Below the pieces are notes generated by a model that was not told where the DNA came from, did not search any database, and worked only from the letters and a program-made list of their open reading frames with translations. A DNA stretch of 61,594 bases, filler included. It is 9 parts of 9 records of this genome, joined end to end, with 100 filler letters (N's around TTAATTAATTAA, not from the genome) between each part and the next. Parts side by side here need not be neighbours in the genome. Positions count along the whole stretch, not along the records: positions 55,070 to 61,594 come from SRR31147125_147194; 8 more parts are not named here. One strand, given 5' to 3'. The first letter of the stretch is position 1; every line of letters begins with the position of its first letter. Position numbers and translations under genes: made by a program. Of the stretch, positions 60,524-61,594 are shown piece by piece.

Positions 60524-61594
60524 ATGGCCTATATTAACAAACAGATCCTGACCGCAGTCGTGGCTGCGGAAAACGGAGAGATTTTCGAACTTGAAGGATA
60601 CGGTGCCGCCGGCATGGCCGGTGAGGGATATCACATCCTGACCAAATCCACCACCTGTGACATGCCCCACGGCAGCGAGCTCATGATGCTGCCCCTTCGA
60701 CGACCTGTGGTCTTCAACCTTTCCACCGACCGCTTTGAGATCCTGGAAACCAACCCGTATGATCCGTCCCAACGGATCTTTCCCGTAGGGGTATTTAACT
60801 CCCCGGGCTATGTCAACGCCCATGTCTGCGCCTATGATGACACCGGTATTGAAGACCCCCTGCCCCTTTTTCATACGGGGCCGTGGGCTTTGGGAAAAAC
60901 GACTTTCGCAGTTCCGCCATTCAGGTGGATAAGGAGCCCCGCCAGGATCTTCGACTCATGCCCATTGAACAGGTCCGGGCCGGGGTGGATCACTGCCAAA
61001 AAGCCTTTCCTGACAACCGCCTCATGCGCCACCTTGAAACCTGTGCCCTTGAATACGGATGCCCGGCCGGGAAAACTTTTTTTAGGACGATACGAGGCAC
61101 CGCTTCCCACAGCCGAGGTCTGCAACGCCCGGTGCCTGGGCTGCATCTCTTTGCAGACCGAGAACAACCTTTGCGCCTGTCAGGACCGCATTGCCTTTAC
61201 CCCGAATCCAGAGGAAATCGCCGGCGTGGCCCTGGAACACATCGCCAAAGTTGACCGGGCCGTGGTCAGTTTCGGCCAGGGCTGCGAGGGGGAGCCTTTA
61301 ACCGCTGCCCGGGTCATTGGCCCGGCCATTGAACAGATTCGGAAAAAAACCCCTGAGGGGACCATCAACCTCAACACCAACGCCAGCCTTCCCGACCAGG
61401 TGGCTGCCCTGTGCGACAAGGGCCTGGACAGCATGAGGGTCAGCATGAATTCTGTGCGAAGCCCCTGTTACACCGCCTATTTTCGACCCCGGTCCTATAC
61501 CTTTGAAGCGGTCTGTCAATCCATTGAAGCGGCCCGGTCCCGGGGAAAATTTGTGGCCATCAACTACCTGAACTGCCCGGGGTTCACGGATTCG
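60524..61594 (+). CDS. Radical SAM protein, 3' end runs off the window, with compensating internal frameshifts
   Basis: CNARCLGC (CxxxCxxC), SFGQGCEGEP, NLNTN, DSMRVSMNS; the middle part is read correctly in ORF 60883. Confidence 0.87.
   Translation, partial: MAYINKQILTAVVAAENGEIFELEGYGAAGMAGEGYHILTKSTTCDMPHGSELMMLPLRRPVVFNLSTDRFEILETNPYDPSQRIFPVGVFNSPGYVNAHVCAYDDTGIEDPLPLFHTGPWALGKTTFAVPPFRWIRSPARIFDSCPLNRSGPGWITAKKPFLTTASCATLKPVPLNTDARPGKLFLGRYEAPLPTAEVCNARCLGCISLQTENNLCACQDRIAFTPNPEEIAGVALEHIAKVDRAVVSFGQGCEGEPLTAARVIGPAIEQIRKKTPEGTINLNTNASLPDQVAALCDKGLDSMRVSMNSVRSPCYTAYFRPRSYTFEAVCQSIEAARSRGKFVAINYLNCPGFTDS

Noticed and set aside
1-61594. tRNA, rRNA, CRISPR arrays, transposases or integrases
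   Set aside because: None were recognised by eye; a covariance-model search would be needed to exclude small RNAs.

Overview
The window is not contiguous DNA. It is nine contigs joined by 100-nt N/TTAATTAATTAA linkers, most of them Desulfobacterota-like and one clearly AT-rich and Firmicutes-like, so it is probably a metagenomic or mixed bin. Contig 1 (1-10384) is the late region of a Mu-like transposable prophage, from lysis through terminase, portal, protease and capsid to head completion. Contig 2 (10485-16191) is an Opp/Nik-family ABC operon plus a SAM methyltransferase, preceded by the 3' end of a cobalamin riboswitch with a visible terminator/antiterminator. Contig 3 carries glpD-glpR, a MoaD/ThiS protein, an aldehyde dehydrogenase and a TRAP transporter. 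Contig 4 carries a GlcD-like oxidoreductase and a TRAP transporter. Contig 5 carries a thiolase, MoaD-AOR and an acyl-CoA carboxyltransferase. Contig 6 carries a sigma54 activator, a lipoprotein, an orphan MotA/MotB (ZorAB-like) pair, a hybrid kinase and a SpoIIE phosphatase. Contig 7 carries PilZ, EAL-HDOD, a MITE-like element, SulP plus carbonic anhydrase, a stand-alone fusA with a structured leader (uORF plus terminator), a RecA-like ATPase and hisA. Contig 8 carries EAL, HAD, an SNase-like nuclease, a membrane protein and a WYL pseudogene. Contig 9 carries hypF, hypC, cspA, a MASE3 protein, a PAS-sigma54 activator, an unannotated 48-aa gene behind a sigma54 promoter, and a radical SAM gene. 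About ten genes are split by small indels, mostly in homopolymers, which are most likely sequencing errors. The best leads are the B12-riboswitch ABC/methyltransferase operon, the fusA leader, the sigma54-driven small protein, the ZorAB-like pair and the DUF5675 lysis module. All family calls come from motif recognition; no database searches were run.
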